From the NCBI GenBank assembly GCA_973895155.1, contig OZ316894.1:14872699-14936698 (forward strand): a DNA stretch of 64,000 nt. Reading direction: 5' to 3'. A program made the translations under genes and the position numbers. Source of the DNA: Marsupella aquatica. Taxonomy: Eukaryota; Plantae; Marchantiophyta. The notes beneath the pieces are model-generated. The model was not told the origin of the DNA, searched no databases, and was given only the letters and a program-made list of their open reading frames with translations. This document shows positions 35,857 to 46,890 of this stretch, in pieces. Numbering within the stretch: position 1 is the first letter of the stretch; each line of letters starts with the position of its first letter.

Positions 35857-38800
35857 ATGTCTGAGGGAGATCCACCGAATAAAAGAAAACCTACCAAGAC
35901 CTCCAGTAATTCGGATGCCGCAAAATCAGTAGTGACCCCTCAAACATTATTACCCGAATTCCAGTCACCAGGAGCACCTGCACCGGGTAGTGTGTGGAAA
36001 CAAGTGAGATCTATTCAAGAGGCAAGTGGCTCTGTGGAAAGGCCCACGTCGACCCGACCCCTGTTTGTAAATCTTCGTTCAGGTCCAAAACTTATTGGTT
36101 CTCAAAAGATCAAGCTCCGCCAGCAGACAGTACGTTCGGTGAACCAAATTGACTCTGGTGTGGATAGTGCCACTGAGAGGGCCTTATCTCATACTGAAGG
36201 AAGAAATTTGGGTTTGCCTGAGAACACAGTTGCAGAACCGCTGGCCCAAGATAATTCTGTCGATCTTTTACAATTGGATAATCCAGAACCACTGAGCGAA
36301 GCCGGGGGTTCGTCCTCTAGTGAGACAAGCAGCAGTTCTGGTAGCAGCAGCCAATCCGGCAGTTCAGGCTTGGGCAGCCCAAACCCATTTGCTACCCGAT
36401 CAGCTCTTCCTTTCGTTACCCTCCTAGCTCCAACCACGATGGCTCAAAATAATGTGAGGTACGACCGGTTCTTCGGTACTTCCAAGGAGGATGCAGAGGT
36501 GTATTTGAAAGAATTTGAAGCTGCAGCTGCATCCAATGGACAGAGTCAAGACGCTGAAAAAGCCAATCTGTTTGGTGGTCTAATGAAAAAGGGTGCTCAG
36601 AAATGGTATGACCGTTTCCCGGACAAGCAGGATTGGGGGAAATTGAAGGCTGCTTTCTTGGCCAAATATAAAGAAGAAGGAGCAGCTGCGCGTGCCTTTG
36701 CCCGAATCTCACATCTGCACATGAAGAAACATGGGTCTGTAAGGAAATATGCCGACAAATTATTGGATTTGGTAGATCAATATAATCCAGCTACATCGAA
36801 ATCTACTATCAAGGACTGGTTTATTAACGGTTTACCCTCCAGGATTGCTCGTTACGTGAGACGAGAAGGTGGCACCACTTTGGGAGAAGTACAAGAGGCA
36901 GCCCAGAAGTACGTGGACTCAGAAATTTCAGAGAGAAAACGAGTTAAGAAAGACCTGAAGAAAGACAAAAGAAAGAAGAAGAAAACATCCAGGTCTAAAT
37001 CTGACTCGGAGGCGGAATCAAGTGAAAGTAGCACTAGTGAGGAGGACGAGAGTACAAATTCGAGCACTAGTGATAGTTCAAGCTCAAGTTCCGACTCAGA
37101 ATCCGTTGCTCCTAAAAAGAAGAAATCCTCTGTAAAAGGGAATAATAAAGTTCCCAACCAGAAGAAGATGGATCGCATGATGGAAGAACTCTCTGGTCAA
37201 TTGTCCAAGTTGAATGTCAATATCGCCATGGTAAAACCAGTGCGAAGGTTGCCTGCTCCCATGAGAATGAACGTATGGTGCACCCGATGTAGTCAGCAGG
37301 GCCATTACCCGAACGAGTGCCCCACATTACGAACTCTGGTGAATTATGTAGATGGTCAAGAAGAGGCTGAGGAGTATGAGTACGATCCCGCGTATACCGT
37401 CCAAACAGCACCCCGTGGACAGTATTTCCCACCACCTCCTGCTTCCAGGCCGACTTGGGGACCACCTAAGCCCACTTTCAATAAACCAACATCAAGACCA
37501 CCCATGGGACCCCCGGGAGGATATCCACCACGAGGAATACCGCGTCAAAAAGGGGCTTGTTGGAATTGTGGCCAACCTGATCATTATTCACCCCAGTGCC
37601 CTTATCCCAAACAGGAGGTGGGGTATACACCTATCTGTGGAAACTGTGGAAAAGAAGGACACTTACCGGTGGAATGCCCAAATCCGGCTAAGCCTAGGCT
37701 GATGGTTCGATTTGCTCAAGAACCAGTTAAAGAAGCCAGTCGACCTGAAGCCAAGATTCGGATGGTTTATTCTGAAGAGATGGAGCAATGCAGCTTCATT
37801 CAACATATGGATGTAAATCGGGTGGAATTAAAGCCAGATTCACTTTTTCATCAACCAGTATTCGGGGTGGTGCCTGATGTCTTGGTAAGTCATTTAGTGA
37901 AACCGGAAGTAGTTGGTATGCCGAATGATCGAGTTCAGAATCAGGATAAAGTTCTGACTAATATTTACGCAACTACTCGTTCGAAGAAAAAGGAGACCAA
38001 GAAGCATGAGCATCAGAAGGTCGCGAAAGCTCCCAAGGATGAAGGGCGCAAGCCATGTGAGGAAGGCCTAGACAAAGAAGACGACCTTGCTTATGACCGA
38101 TATGATCCAAAATACTTCTTGCCCGACATCTCTTTGGAAGTGAAAGACCATCTGGAAGAGCTAGTTAAGGAGCAAGTGCAATCTCCTAACTCACCAGTAG
38201 TAGTCAAAGCTAAAGAACCACTGAAAAATCCAGGTTATGATATTGTTGAAGATGTCAAGAATCATCCTGCACATATCACCATTGGGGAATTATTACAGGA
38301 CAATCCCGTTTATAGGCGACAGCTGAGGAGCCTCCTTGCAGGAAAACGGAGGAAGAAGAAGTTACCTTCTGTGGATGTGCTACGAACAGAGTGGGAGGAC
38401 AAAGGACCGATGGAAATTAAGGTTCAAATCCAGGGGTGTGTCATTCAGAGAGTTCCTGTGGATGGAGGAGCCAGCGTTAATCTGATTACACAGTCAGCAA
38501 CATTTAATTTGGGTTTCACTAAGTTTGAGCCCACTCCCAAGATTTTGCGCATGGCGGATCAGTCTCGTGTGGTACCCATAGGAAAGCTGACCAAAGTAGA
38601 AACTTTGATTGCTGGTGTCCCTTTTCTGTTGGATTATGTGGTTATTAATCCGGAAATACCATCCAACTTTCCTATTTTGTTAGGCCGACCATGGTTGTAT
38701 AAGGCTCAAGTTCAGGTTAATTGGCAATCTCAAGAGCTTTCATTTGGGAAGCCTAAGGTGACTGTTAGTTGGGTTCCGGAACGACATTTTGGAGAAACAC

Positions 38801-38937
38801 AAATAGATGATGGGTACACCTCGGATTTTTCGACCTCTTCGCTAGTCCTGCAGCCATTGGAATTTGAACTGGAGGAAGTTCGTTACTTGGAAGTTTATTT
38901 GTCTGATGCTCCCATAAAACCAACTAGGCCCTCCTGA
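35857..38937 (+). CDS. gag: Gag (three CCHC knuckles) + aspartic protease, 1026 aa
   Basis: Retrotrans-gag-like WYDRF..WGKLKAAFLAKY; CTRCSQQGHYPNEC, CWNCGQPDHYSPQC, CGNCGKEGHLPVEC; VDGGASVN...ILLGRPWL. Confidence 0.93.
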   Translation: MSEGDPPNKRKPTKTSSNSDAAKSVVTPQTLLPEFQSPGAPAPGSVWKQVRSIQEASGSVERPTSTRPLFVNLRSGPKLIGSQKIKLRQQTVRSVNQIDSGVDSATERALSHTEGRNLGLPENTVAEPLAQDNSVDLLQLDNPEPLSEAGGSSSSETSSSSGSSSQSGSSGLGSPNPFATRSALPFVTLLAPTTMAQNNVRYDRFFGTSKEDAEVYLKEFEAAAASNGQSQDAEKANLFGGLMKKGAQKWYDRFPDKQDWGKLKAAFLAKYKEEGAAARAFARISHLHMKKHGSVRKYADKLLDLVDQYNPATSKSTIKDWFINGLPSRIARYVRREGGTTLGEVQEAAQKYVDSEISERKRVKKDLKKDKRKKKKTSRSKSDSEAESSESSTSEEDESTNSSTSDSSSSSSDSESVAPKKKKSSVKGNNKVPNQKKMDRMMEELSGQLSKLNVNIAMVKPVRRLPAPMRMNVWCTRCSQQGHYPNECPTLRTLVNYVDGQEEAEEYEYDPAYTVQTAPRGQYFPPPPASRPTWGPPKPTFNKPTSRPPMGPPGGYPPRGIPRQKGACWNCGQPDHYSPQCPYPKQEVGYTPICGNCGKEGHLPVECPNPAKPRLMVRFAQEPVKEASRPEAKIRMVYSEEMEQCSFIQHMDVNRVELKPDSLFHQPVFGVVPDVLVSHLVKPEVVGMPNDRVQNQDKVLTNIYATTRSKKKETKKHEHQKVAKAPKDEGRKPCEEGLDKEDDLAYDRYDPKYFLPDISLEVKDHLEELVKEQVQSPNSPVVVKAKEPLKNPGYDIVEDVKNHPAHITIGELLQDNPVYRRQLRSLLAGKRRKKKLPSVDVLRTEWEDKGPMEIKVQIQGCVIQRVPVDGGASVNLITQSATFNLGFTKFEPTPKILRMADQSRVVPIGKLTKVETLIAGVPFLLDYVVINPEIPSNFPILLGRPWLYKAQVQVNWQSQELSFGKPKVTVSWVPERHFGETQIDDGYTSDFSTSSLVLQPLEFELEEVRYLEVYLSDAPIKPTRPS

Positions 38938-41900
38938 CAATTAATTTCATCATCGGAAGTGGGCCCAGCAGCAGACGAACCTCCTAATACTGAGTCTACT
39001 GGGGATTTACACCATGATATGGGAGTGTCAGCTACCCTTGAGCCAGTTGCACCAGAAGTATCCGAACTTGGACTTCAGCCGGCAAACCTCACGGATGGAA
39101 TTGTGGATCCAAAAGCTTGCCAGAAAATCGAAATTGAGCCAGGCAAGTTTTTGAATATTGGTAAGCATATCGAAGGGGAGCTATGGGAACAGTATATCAG
39201 TTTATTAACCCAGTATAAAGATGTTTTTGCCTGGAGTCATTCTGATTTAAAAGGTATCCATCCACATTTGGGCGAACATCGTAATGACCTTATGGAAGGA
39301 GCAGTACCTGTCCGACAGAGACAGTACCGTTTGAACCCCAAATATTCCATCCTGGTTAAAGACGAGTTGGACAAGCTCACGGCTGCTGGATTTATCTACC
39401 CGGTCTTGAGTAGTGAATGGGTCTCACCAATTGTCATTGTCCCCAAAAAGCCGGGACCCGATGGTAAAACGAAAATTCGCGTTTATCAAGACTTTCGGAA
39501 GTTAAATGCTGCCACTCGGAAAGATCATTATCCTTTGCCATTTATTGATCTGGTACTTGATTCAGTGGCCTTGCATGAGTTATACAGTTTTTTAGATGGG
39601 TACTCTAGTTATTACCAGGTGTCCATTCGGAAGGAGGATCGCGACAAGACTACGTTCACCACCGACTGGGGTACATATGCATTTACCATGATGCCTTTTG
39701 GGCTGTGTAATGCCCCAGGTACTTTTCAGCGCATTATGATGATCATCTTTCAAGAATATTTGTGGCATTTCATGGAGATTTTTATTGACGACTTTTGTGT
39801 TTACAGGTCAGCGACTGAACACCTCGTCGATTTGGAGAAGACATTTCAGAAGTGTAGAGAGGCTCAGTTGTGTCTTCATCCAGAAAAGTGCTTTATTGGT
39901 ATGAAGGAGGGAATTTTGTTAGGCCATGTTATTTCACAACGCGGCATTGAGGTTGATACGGAGAAGGTTAGAGTAATTGTGGAGTTGCAACCACCGACCG
40001 ATTTAAAGCAGCTTTGTGCTTTTCTGGGACATGTGGGGTATTATCGTCGGTTCATTTATAAACATGCTAATATTGCCTTACCCTTAACCCAACTGTTAAA
40101 AAGTGATGTGGAATATACATGGAATGAGGAGCGGCAGCAAGCATTCCAGTTGCTCAAGGATCGGTTAATCTCTGCACCTATTTTGTCACCCCCAGATTGG
40201 ACTAAGAAGTTTCATGTCTTCATTGACTCTTCTGCATTCTACATTGGAGCTAATCTCAGTCAGAAGGATGTGGAAAACCGTGACCATCCAATTTACTATG
40301 CCAGCCGCCAATTGAGTGCAGCCGAGAAAAACTACTCTGTCACTGAACGGGAAGCTTTGGCCATCGTCTTTGCGTGTAAGAAATTTCGTTACTATTTGTT
40401 GGGGTATCAGGTTATTTTTCACACTGATCATAATTCCTTAAAATATTTGGTTAACCAAGTGGATCTCTCAGGACGAGTAGCCCGGTGGGTTTTACTACTC
40501 CAAGAATTTGATTATGAAGTTCATGTCCGACCTGGCAAACATCATGAGAATGCAGACTTCTTATCTCGGTTACCTGGTCCAGAGAATCAGCATAATCTCT
40601 TTGATGAATTTCTTGACGAGCATTTGTGGCACATTGAAGGGGAGTCTTCTCGATATTTTAATATTGTGCACATGCTGCTTCATGGAACGTTTCCTGAAGG
40701 CTTTAATTCGGAAGAACGAGCTGTCTTTGCTCATAAGGTGGGTCCCTATACCATTATTCGGGGCACTTTGTTTAAACAAGGTCCTGATCAACCATTGCGA
40801 CGTTGTCTAGAGGATAGGGAACTTCCCCAAGTAGTTGAAGCTTTACATTCAGGAGAGACCGGTGGGCATTATGCTGTGAATACCACAGTTAAGAAAATTT
40901 TGGATGCTGGATACTGGTGGCCTACTATGCATCGGGATACTTACAATTTTATTAAGACCTGTGATCCCTGTCAAAGGATCGGGAAGCCCACTGCTAGTTC
41001 CAAATGGCCTCTTACGCCTATCCTTCCGTTGGCACCATTTGAGAAATGGGGGATTGATTTTATTGGCCCAATTTCTCCAGCAGCTCGGAAAAGCCGAAGC
41101 AAATATATTATTCTGGCCACTGATTATGCCACCAAATGGGTAGAGGCGAAAGCTACTCGCAAGAATGATGCTATAACCGCATCTGCATTTCTCTTTGAGC
41201 ACATTATCACTCGATTTGGTTGTCCTTTGGAGTTGGTAAGCGATAGGGGTTTGCATTTTCTTAACTCAACTATTGAGTTAATCACTGACCTTTATCTTAT
41301 CAAGCATCGCAAAACTACTCCTTACAACCCCCGAGCTAATGGCTTAACCGAGAGAGCTAATGGCATTATGGGCAAGATTCTGAATAAAATGGTAGAATCT
41401 CACAAGACAGATTGGGATGTGAAGCTCCATTCTGCATTATGGGCTTACCACACCGCTGAGAAGATTACAACTCTTCACACCCCTTCTATCTGACCTATGG
41501 CCTGAATAGTATTATTCCTATAGAATTTTTGCTACCAACGGAACGTATCTTGGTACCAAACCGACTCTCCCCTTCAGATAGTCTCTCACATCGGTTTTCC
41601 AATATTGTTAAATTAGAAGAAGTTAGACTTTTATGGTAATGGTAATGGTAATGTATTATAAGCTCCGGGACCATGAAAGTCAAAGGAGCTGCCACAAAAA
41701 GTAAAGTACAATGCAATCAAAGAAAAGAGCAACCAAAAGAGATTGCTCAGAAGAGGACAACTATGTCCTCAAAGAAACTATGGACCTAGAGAGCCCTATG
41801 GACCTAGAGAGCCCTGAAAGATTTTCCAAACCTATTCTCCTTTCCCTATCCACCGCAAAGATATATCTTCCAAGTTGTTGAGGGGGCAGACCAAACAATG

Positions 41901-41944
41901 CATACAAATCTTTCACCAAGATTTGAGATGCCATCCTAACCCCC

Positions 41945-44900
41945 TCATAACTTGCAAGCAATGAATACATGATATTCATTCTCTATACTAGAGCTATCAC
42001 ATAGTTGACAAACCCTCTTTTTCCTGTCAATATCCTTCCATCTCCCTTGTTCTACTTCAAGGTGGTGTGAGCTTAGTCTATACTGAGCAATAAGTTGTCT
42101 AAGTTGTACTGAGATAGTGCTAGATAAGTATTCTTGTTCTCGATATTTCTTCATGGGGTTCACATCTCTCATGTAGTATTGCTGCCGTGGGCTAGGTTCA
42201 TGCCAAAGTTTGTGCAAAGCCTTTTGCTCAAGTTTTGCTCTTAGCTTGGTTGGGTGTGTTGGCCATTCATGTTCAGGAAAATCCCAAGCATGGGCCCACC
42301 TGCACACATCTGCATACCACCCTTTAGCTGAAGATGAGCGCAAGGCATGAAAAGGAAATCTGTTTTCCTCCAACTCTCTTACACGCATGATGTATTTGAG
42401 TGTGTGGAAGAGTGCCTCCACCTCCAAAGGAAACAAGCCTGCCTCTGCAAGTGTAAGTGCATATGGGGTTTGTGACTTGATCCCAAGCTCCATCTCAAGA
42501 AATAGCTTTTGCAGCCCCTCAATCTGTTGCCACCCAGATTTAGACACACCTGCTCCCCAAATTGGTGCTCCATAAAGAATGACTGGTTTCACCAAAGCTC
42601 CAAAGAGATGTTTCCTTAACCTCCAAGTGTGTAGACCAGCTCTTTTGCATTTGTTCATGAATGCATAAAAAGCTCTGTACCCATTGGCAGCCCTAGATTT
42701 TACACATGAGGCCCAACTCAAGTTTTGAGAGAACTCCACCCCAAGGTATTTGTAGGTCCTCACAAATTCCACCAGATTCCCTTGGAAGTAGAGCTCTGGA
42801 TTTTGTCGTGTGCCAATGCCCAAACACTTGGTCTTCTTGAGGTTGACTACCATCCCTGTTGCTTGACAAAACTCCTCCAAGGCATTGAGATGTCTTTGCA
42901 AAGCTTCTTGAGCATGAGCAAGTAGGACCACATCATCTGCAAATATAAGAAGTTGGAGGACAAACCTACCCAATTGAGTGCCAACTCCACCATGCTCCTC
43001 CAAAATGTTGTGTAGCTGATCAATGAAGATGCCAAAGAGAGTTGGTGAGAGAGGACAACCTTGGATCACCCCAAGAGTGCTCCAGATTTCTTCAGAGGTT
43101 TCCTTTGAAAGTTTGATGCGCACTTCTTGGTACAATTTAGAAACAGCCAACCTGAGCTCTTCAGGCACTTCCAACTCCACCATCCTATCCCAAAGCTTGG
43201 ATCGGGAAACTTTGTCAAAGGCCTTGGAGAAGTCCACAAACAAGCAAAATAATGGTTTATGTGGAGATTTGGCCTTTTCACACAACACCCTCAAGCAGAG
43301 AATGTGATCCATAGTGCTGAATTCTCTCCTAAAACCTGCTTGTGAAGGTGCCCTTTTCATCTCACTCTCCAACCAAGAGCTTAATCTGGCTTCAAGTAGT
43401 CCTCCCAAAACTTTAGCAAAAGTATTGCCTACCATGATGGTTCTGTAGTTGTGCACATCGTCCTTGTTGCCTGCCTTGAAGATAGGCACCACTCTTCTGG
43501 TCATCCAAGCTTTAGGTAAACCTAAAGCCATTGCTTGATTCAGCTCATGCACCAAGTTTGTTAGTAAAGAGGGTCCTCCCCACAAAAGAAGCTCCAAGTT
43601 CAGGCCCAACAGATCTTTAGCTTTCCCATGTTGAATGTGGGAAAGATGCACCTTCACCTCCCTCTCTGTAAACTGAATGGTGTCCCCAAGGGGCAAAGGC
43701 ATGCCACTAGCATCTGGAAAGAAATACAAGGATGTGACATAGGTTACCAGGTCCTGGTGATCCAAGGGGGGAGTAGTCTTGCCTGATTGCATTCTCTCCC
43801 AAAAACGTTTTGGATGTTTGATGAACTCCTCACATAGTGATTGTTGATGACTCTTCAAGAAGCACCTCTTCTTGTGTTTGATGAAGTTCTTGTACATAGT
43901 GAATGCCAAAAGTCTCTTTTCCCCTGAATGTGATCTTGCTTGCATCCTTGCTCTAGCACAATCCTCGTCAAACCAAGCCTTCATGTTTTGCTTTCTAGGG
44001 GGTTTGGTGGAGAAAGTAGAGGCTGCTGCTTGTGCTATGATTTCTGAGAGCTCAATCTGATCATCCAGGGTATGGAGAAGATGTTCAAAGTTGGCTTTGA
44101 AGATGACTTCTCTATCAGGGTCTAGAAACAGAGGTTTGGGTACTGGCTTTCTATGCACTTTGTTTGGGATTGTGGTCAGGTCAAGATGGAACAACAAAGG
44201 CAAGTGTGAAGACTCTGGTTGTTGATCAAGTATTTGAAAGTCAACCACTCTAGTGGCAGAGGTAGGTGAGGCAAGAAGGTAATCAATGGTACTACATCCT
44301 TGTTTAGATCTAAAAGTGTAACCAGATGATTGGGGAAATCTCTCAAGCCCATTCAATATTCTTAGATTACAAGAAGCTCCCAAATGCAAAAAGTGACGTG
44401 TCATGTCATTTGTTCTGGTGTCAAGAGCCTCTCTCACCCAAGGTATCTCTTCACTACATGATGACCAAGGTAAAGTTCCTAAGTCCTCACTTTCAGTAAA
44501 TTGTTCATTAGATACCCTGGCATTAAAGTCCCCCACTATCCATGTCTCCCCTAGTGGTGATATATCATGAATGACTTGGATTAACCTATGAAATGGATAA
44601 TGTGCATCAGCAATTCCCATCTTATAGACATTCATATTAAGGGGAGCAAAGTAGGTGACAATCAGAAATGATGGAGTACCTCTGGTATGAAGTCTCACCA
44701 CCATGAACTGCTTGCTGGGATCTTCATGTTCAATAGAGGTGATGTGTTGAAGTTGATTCTTGGTGTAGACAGCAATGCCTCCAAACCCTCTTCCCCGTGT
44801 GGTCTTCTTCTCATTGAAGATGGATTGTATGCAAGTAAAGCCTTTAATGCTAGGTAGAGCATTTCCCTCATATTCCCAAGTCTCCGTGAAAAGCAAGATG

Positions 44901-44980
44901 TCAAAATTCTCAAACAAAGGTTCCCCTCCAATTGCTGTTTCTATGGAAAGTCCTGAAACATTCCATGCCATGACTCTCAA
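41945..44980 (-). CDS. LINE-A ORF2, 1011 aa, continuous APE-RT-CCHC; a 2-bp deletion removes the last ~63 aa
   Basis: Single ORF with all motifs. CTCATAACTTG here versus CTCATAAAACTTG in other copies. Clade assignment (RTEX-like) is tentative. Confidence 0.95.
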   Translation of the reverse strand: MRVMAWNVSGLSIETAIGGEPLFENFDILLFTETWEYEGNALPSIKGFTCIQSIFNEKKTTRGRGFGGIAVYTKNQLQHITSIEHEDPSKQFMVVRLHTRGTPSFLIVTYFAPLNMNVYKMGIADAHYPFHRLIQVIHDISPLGETWIVGDFNARVSNEQFTESEDLGTLPWSSCSEEIPWVREALDTRTNDMTRHFLHLGASCNLRILNGLERFPQSSGYTFRSKQGCSTIDYLLASPTSATRVVDFQILDQQPESSHLPLLFHLDLTTIPNKVHRKPVPKPLFLDPDREVIFKANFEHLLHTLDDQIELSEIIAQAAASTFSTKPPRKQNMKAWFDEDCARARMQARSHSGEKRLLAFTMYKNFIKHKKRCFLKSHQQSLCEEFIKHPKRFWERMQSGKTTPPLDHQDLVTYVTSLYFFPDASGMPLPLGDTIQFTEREVKVHLSHIQHGKAKDLLGLNLELLLWGGPSLLTNLVHELNQAMALGLPKAWMTRRVVPIFKAGNKDDVHNYRTIMVGNTFAKVLGGLLEARLSSWLESEMKRAPSQAGFRREFSTMDHILCLRVLCEKAKSPHKPLFCLFVDFSKAFDKVSRSKLWDRMVELEVPEELRLAVSKLYQEVRIKLSKETSEEIWSTLGVIQGCPLSPTLFGIFIDQLHNILEEHGGVGTQLGRFVLQLLIFADDVVLLAHAQEALQRHLNALEEFCQATGMVVNLKKTKCLGIGTRQNPELYFQGNLVEFVRTYKYLGVEFSQNLSWASCVKSRAANGYRAFYAFMNKCKRAGLHTWRLRKHLFGALVKPVILYGAPIWGAGVSKSGWQQIEGLQKLFLEMELGIKSQTPYALTLAEAGLFPLEVEALFHTLKYIMRVRELEENRFPFHALRSSSAKGWYADVCRWAHAWDFPEHEWPTHPTKLRAKLEQKALHKLWHEPSPRQQYYMRDVNPMKKYREQEYLSSTISVQLRQLIAQYRLSSHHLEVEQGRWKDIDRKKRVCQLCDSSSIENEYHVFIACKL

Positions 44981-44992
44981 GGTCCCAATCCA

Positions 44993-45766
44993 TCATTTAG
45001 AAACAACTCTCTTCTTATTGGTAACAACAGCTTGTCCATTGCGCAAGTAGGCTACCAATCCTTGGTCTTTGGCTACCCTCACCTTCTCAAGCTCAATTTT
45101 CCTTGCTTGGACTTGTGTGGGAGTCAGATCATCATCCAACCAAATCCTTAGCCCTTTAAGCATGCTCCTGTTAGCCATCACTCTAGCTTTCTCGGATTCA
45201 GCTGCAAACTTCACCAAGATTGGACGTGGAAGGTCCCCCTTCTTTTGCCCAATCCTATATGCTTGCAAAATGATAGGGTCATGCACTTTCATCTGAGATT
45301 GGAAGAATGAAATTGCTACCTTCTTGGTGTCTTCCTTCTCCTCCTCAACAAGGCCTGATATTTTGCAGTTGCTGACTCTTGCATGCTGGTTCTTGTGTTC
45401 TTCTTCTAGTGCTCTTCTCTCCTCCTCCTTGGCTTGGACAAATTCCATATGTGATTGTTTTGCAGCCTGTGCAAAGGTTTTGAGCTTCTCCTCAATCTCC
45501 CCTACAGCCTCATGTATCATTGATTTCTCTGGGCACATACTCTTCTCCATGTCTCCAAAACACGATGCAAGCAATGAGAGTTGCTTACCATTCTCCTGAG
45601 TTTGAGATCGAAGATCACTAATCAACCTCTTTTGCTTGACATTCTCATTCTTTAGCTCCGTCACCTCCTTGCTGAGCGTGGTAATCTCAATTGCGGAGTT
45701 TTCAGCCACAACTAAGATTTTCTCAAGCAAAGCCTTGAGATGGGCAATCTCCTCCGTTGCCATCAC
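44993..45766 (-). CDS. LINE-A ORF1, 257 aa
   Basis: Near-identical to the other copies. Confidence 0.9.
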   Translation of the reverse strand: MMATEEIAHLKALLEKILVVAENSAIEITTLSKEVTELKNENVKQKRLISDLRSQTQENGKQLSLLASCFGDMEKSMCPEKSMIHEAVGEIEEKLKTFAQAAKQSHMEFVQAKEEERRALEEEHKNQHARVSNCKISGLVEEEKEDTKKVAISFFQSQMKVHDPIILQAYRIGQKKGDLPRPILVKFAAESEKARVMANRSMLKGLRIWLDDDLTPTQVQARKIELEKVRVAKDQGLVAYLRNGQAVVTNKKRVVSK

Positions 45767-45828
45767 AAAGCTGAAACTGTTGTTAGAATGTACTCTTAGA
45801 CGACAAATAGAAATTGGGAGCAGTAGAG

Positions 45829-46231
45829 AATGTCAGTTGCAGCTCTACCTTTGCCAGTGATACACTCTCGCTGTTTGCAACACTCTGCCAAAATCTGAGC
45901 TCAAACCGCAGCCGATTGCCCTTCCAACTCGAAGTGAAATTTCGCCCCAAGCTCAGAATCCCGAAACTGGACACGTAGCAGATCGTGCATGCTAAAGTGC
46001 ATACCAAACGATGTCGGTTGCAGCTCTAACTTTGCCAGTGATACATTCTCGCTGTTTCCAATGCTCTGGCAAAGTCTGAGCTTAAACCGTAGCCAATTTC
46101 CCTTCCAACTCGAAGTGAAATTTTGCCCCAAGCTCAGAATTGCGAAACTGGAGACGTAACAGATCGTGCATGCTAAAGTGCATATCAAACAATGTCGGTT
46201 GCAGCTCTAACTTTGCCAGTGATACATTCTT
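45829..46231 (-). repeat. 181-bp monomer array (~2.2 units)
   Basis: Same unit as 4335-5372. Confidence 0.95.
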
Positions 46232-46890
46232 AGCATTAGACCATACAGTTACCATTCAGAACCAGCGTAAACTTGCTTATGATAAGAAGCTGCGCGTAGT
46301 GCAGTTAGATGTTGGTGATTTAGCATTAGTCTTTGATTCTCGTTCTATGCTATTTCTTGGGAAACTTCATACTCATTGGATTGGTCCTTACCGAGTTACA
46401 CACATCTGGGATAATGGTTCAGTTTCATTGACTACCTTAGATGGTCACCCACTTAACACTAGAATCAATGGGTTTAGGATTAAACGGTACTATGAGTCTT
46501 CCATTTAGAATTCTACCTGGGACAGGTTGCAGTTTAAGTGGAGGGCGGTAGTTGTACTTAGTTAGAATTAGTGACCCTCCCTAGTAAGTATTCGGAATTT
46601 TTTCAATTTTTTTTAGTTACTTTCAGTTTTTACATTGGACGCTGTGAGCAGCGTCCATTGTAACTCGACATTGGGGAAGCGTCCACTTAGTTTACAAAGG
46701 ACGCCATGCGCAGCGTCCGCTTTTGTATTAGTTCAGTTGCATGAGATGCTGTGAGCCGATGACTAGGCGTCTTGTATGACGGCGGATTGCGACAGCTCAA
46801 CGGGACGCTGAGGAGTAAGCAGTCGCGCTTTGATCTAGTTCACTATGGAACACGATTCTCACTGAGCCTACGGAGCTAACAAGTCACGCG

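Larger units (their letters stand above)
41634..46229 (-). mobile_element. LINE-A copy 3 inserted in the gypsy integrase, possible 3-bp TSD TTA
   Basis: (TGGTAA)3 tail, ORF2, ORF1, ~2.2 monomers. TTA at 41631-41633 and 46230-46232. Confidence 0.96.
38938..46508 (+). pseudogene. pol: RT-RNase H-integrase; frameshift near 41485, interrupted by LINE-A copy 3, C-terminus (GPY/F motif) at 46233-46508
   Basis: DFRKLN, FLDGYS, MPFGLCNAP, FIDDF, NYSVTEREALA, GHY..CDPCQ, WGIDF, SDRG, NGLTER, WIGPY. Flanks of the LINE rejoin as KLEEVRLL|ALDHT. Confidence 0.95.
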
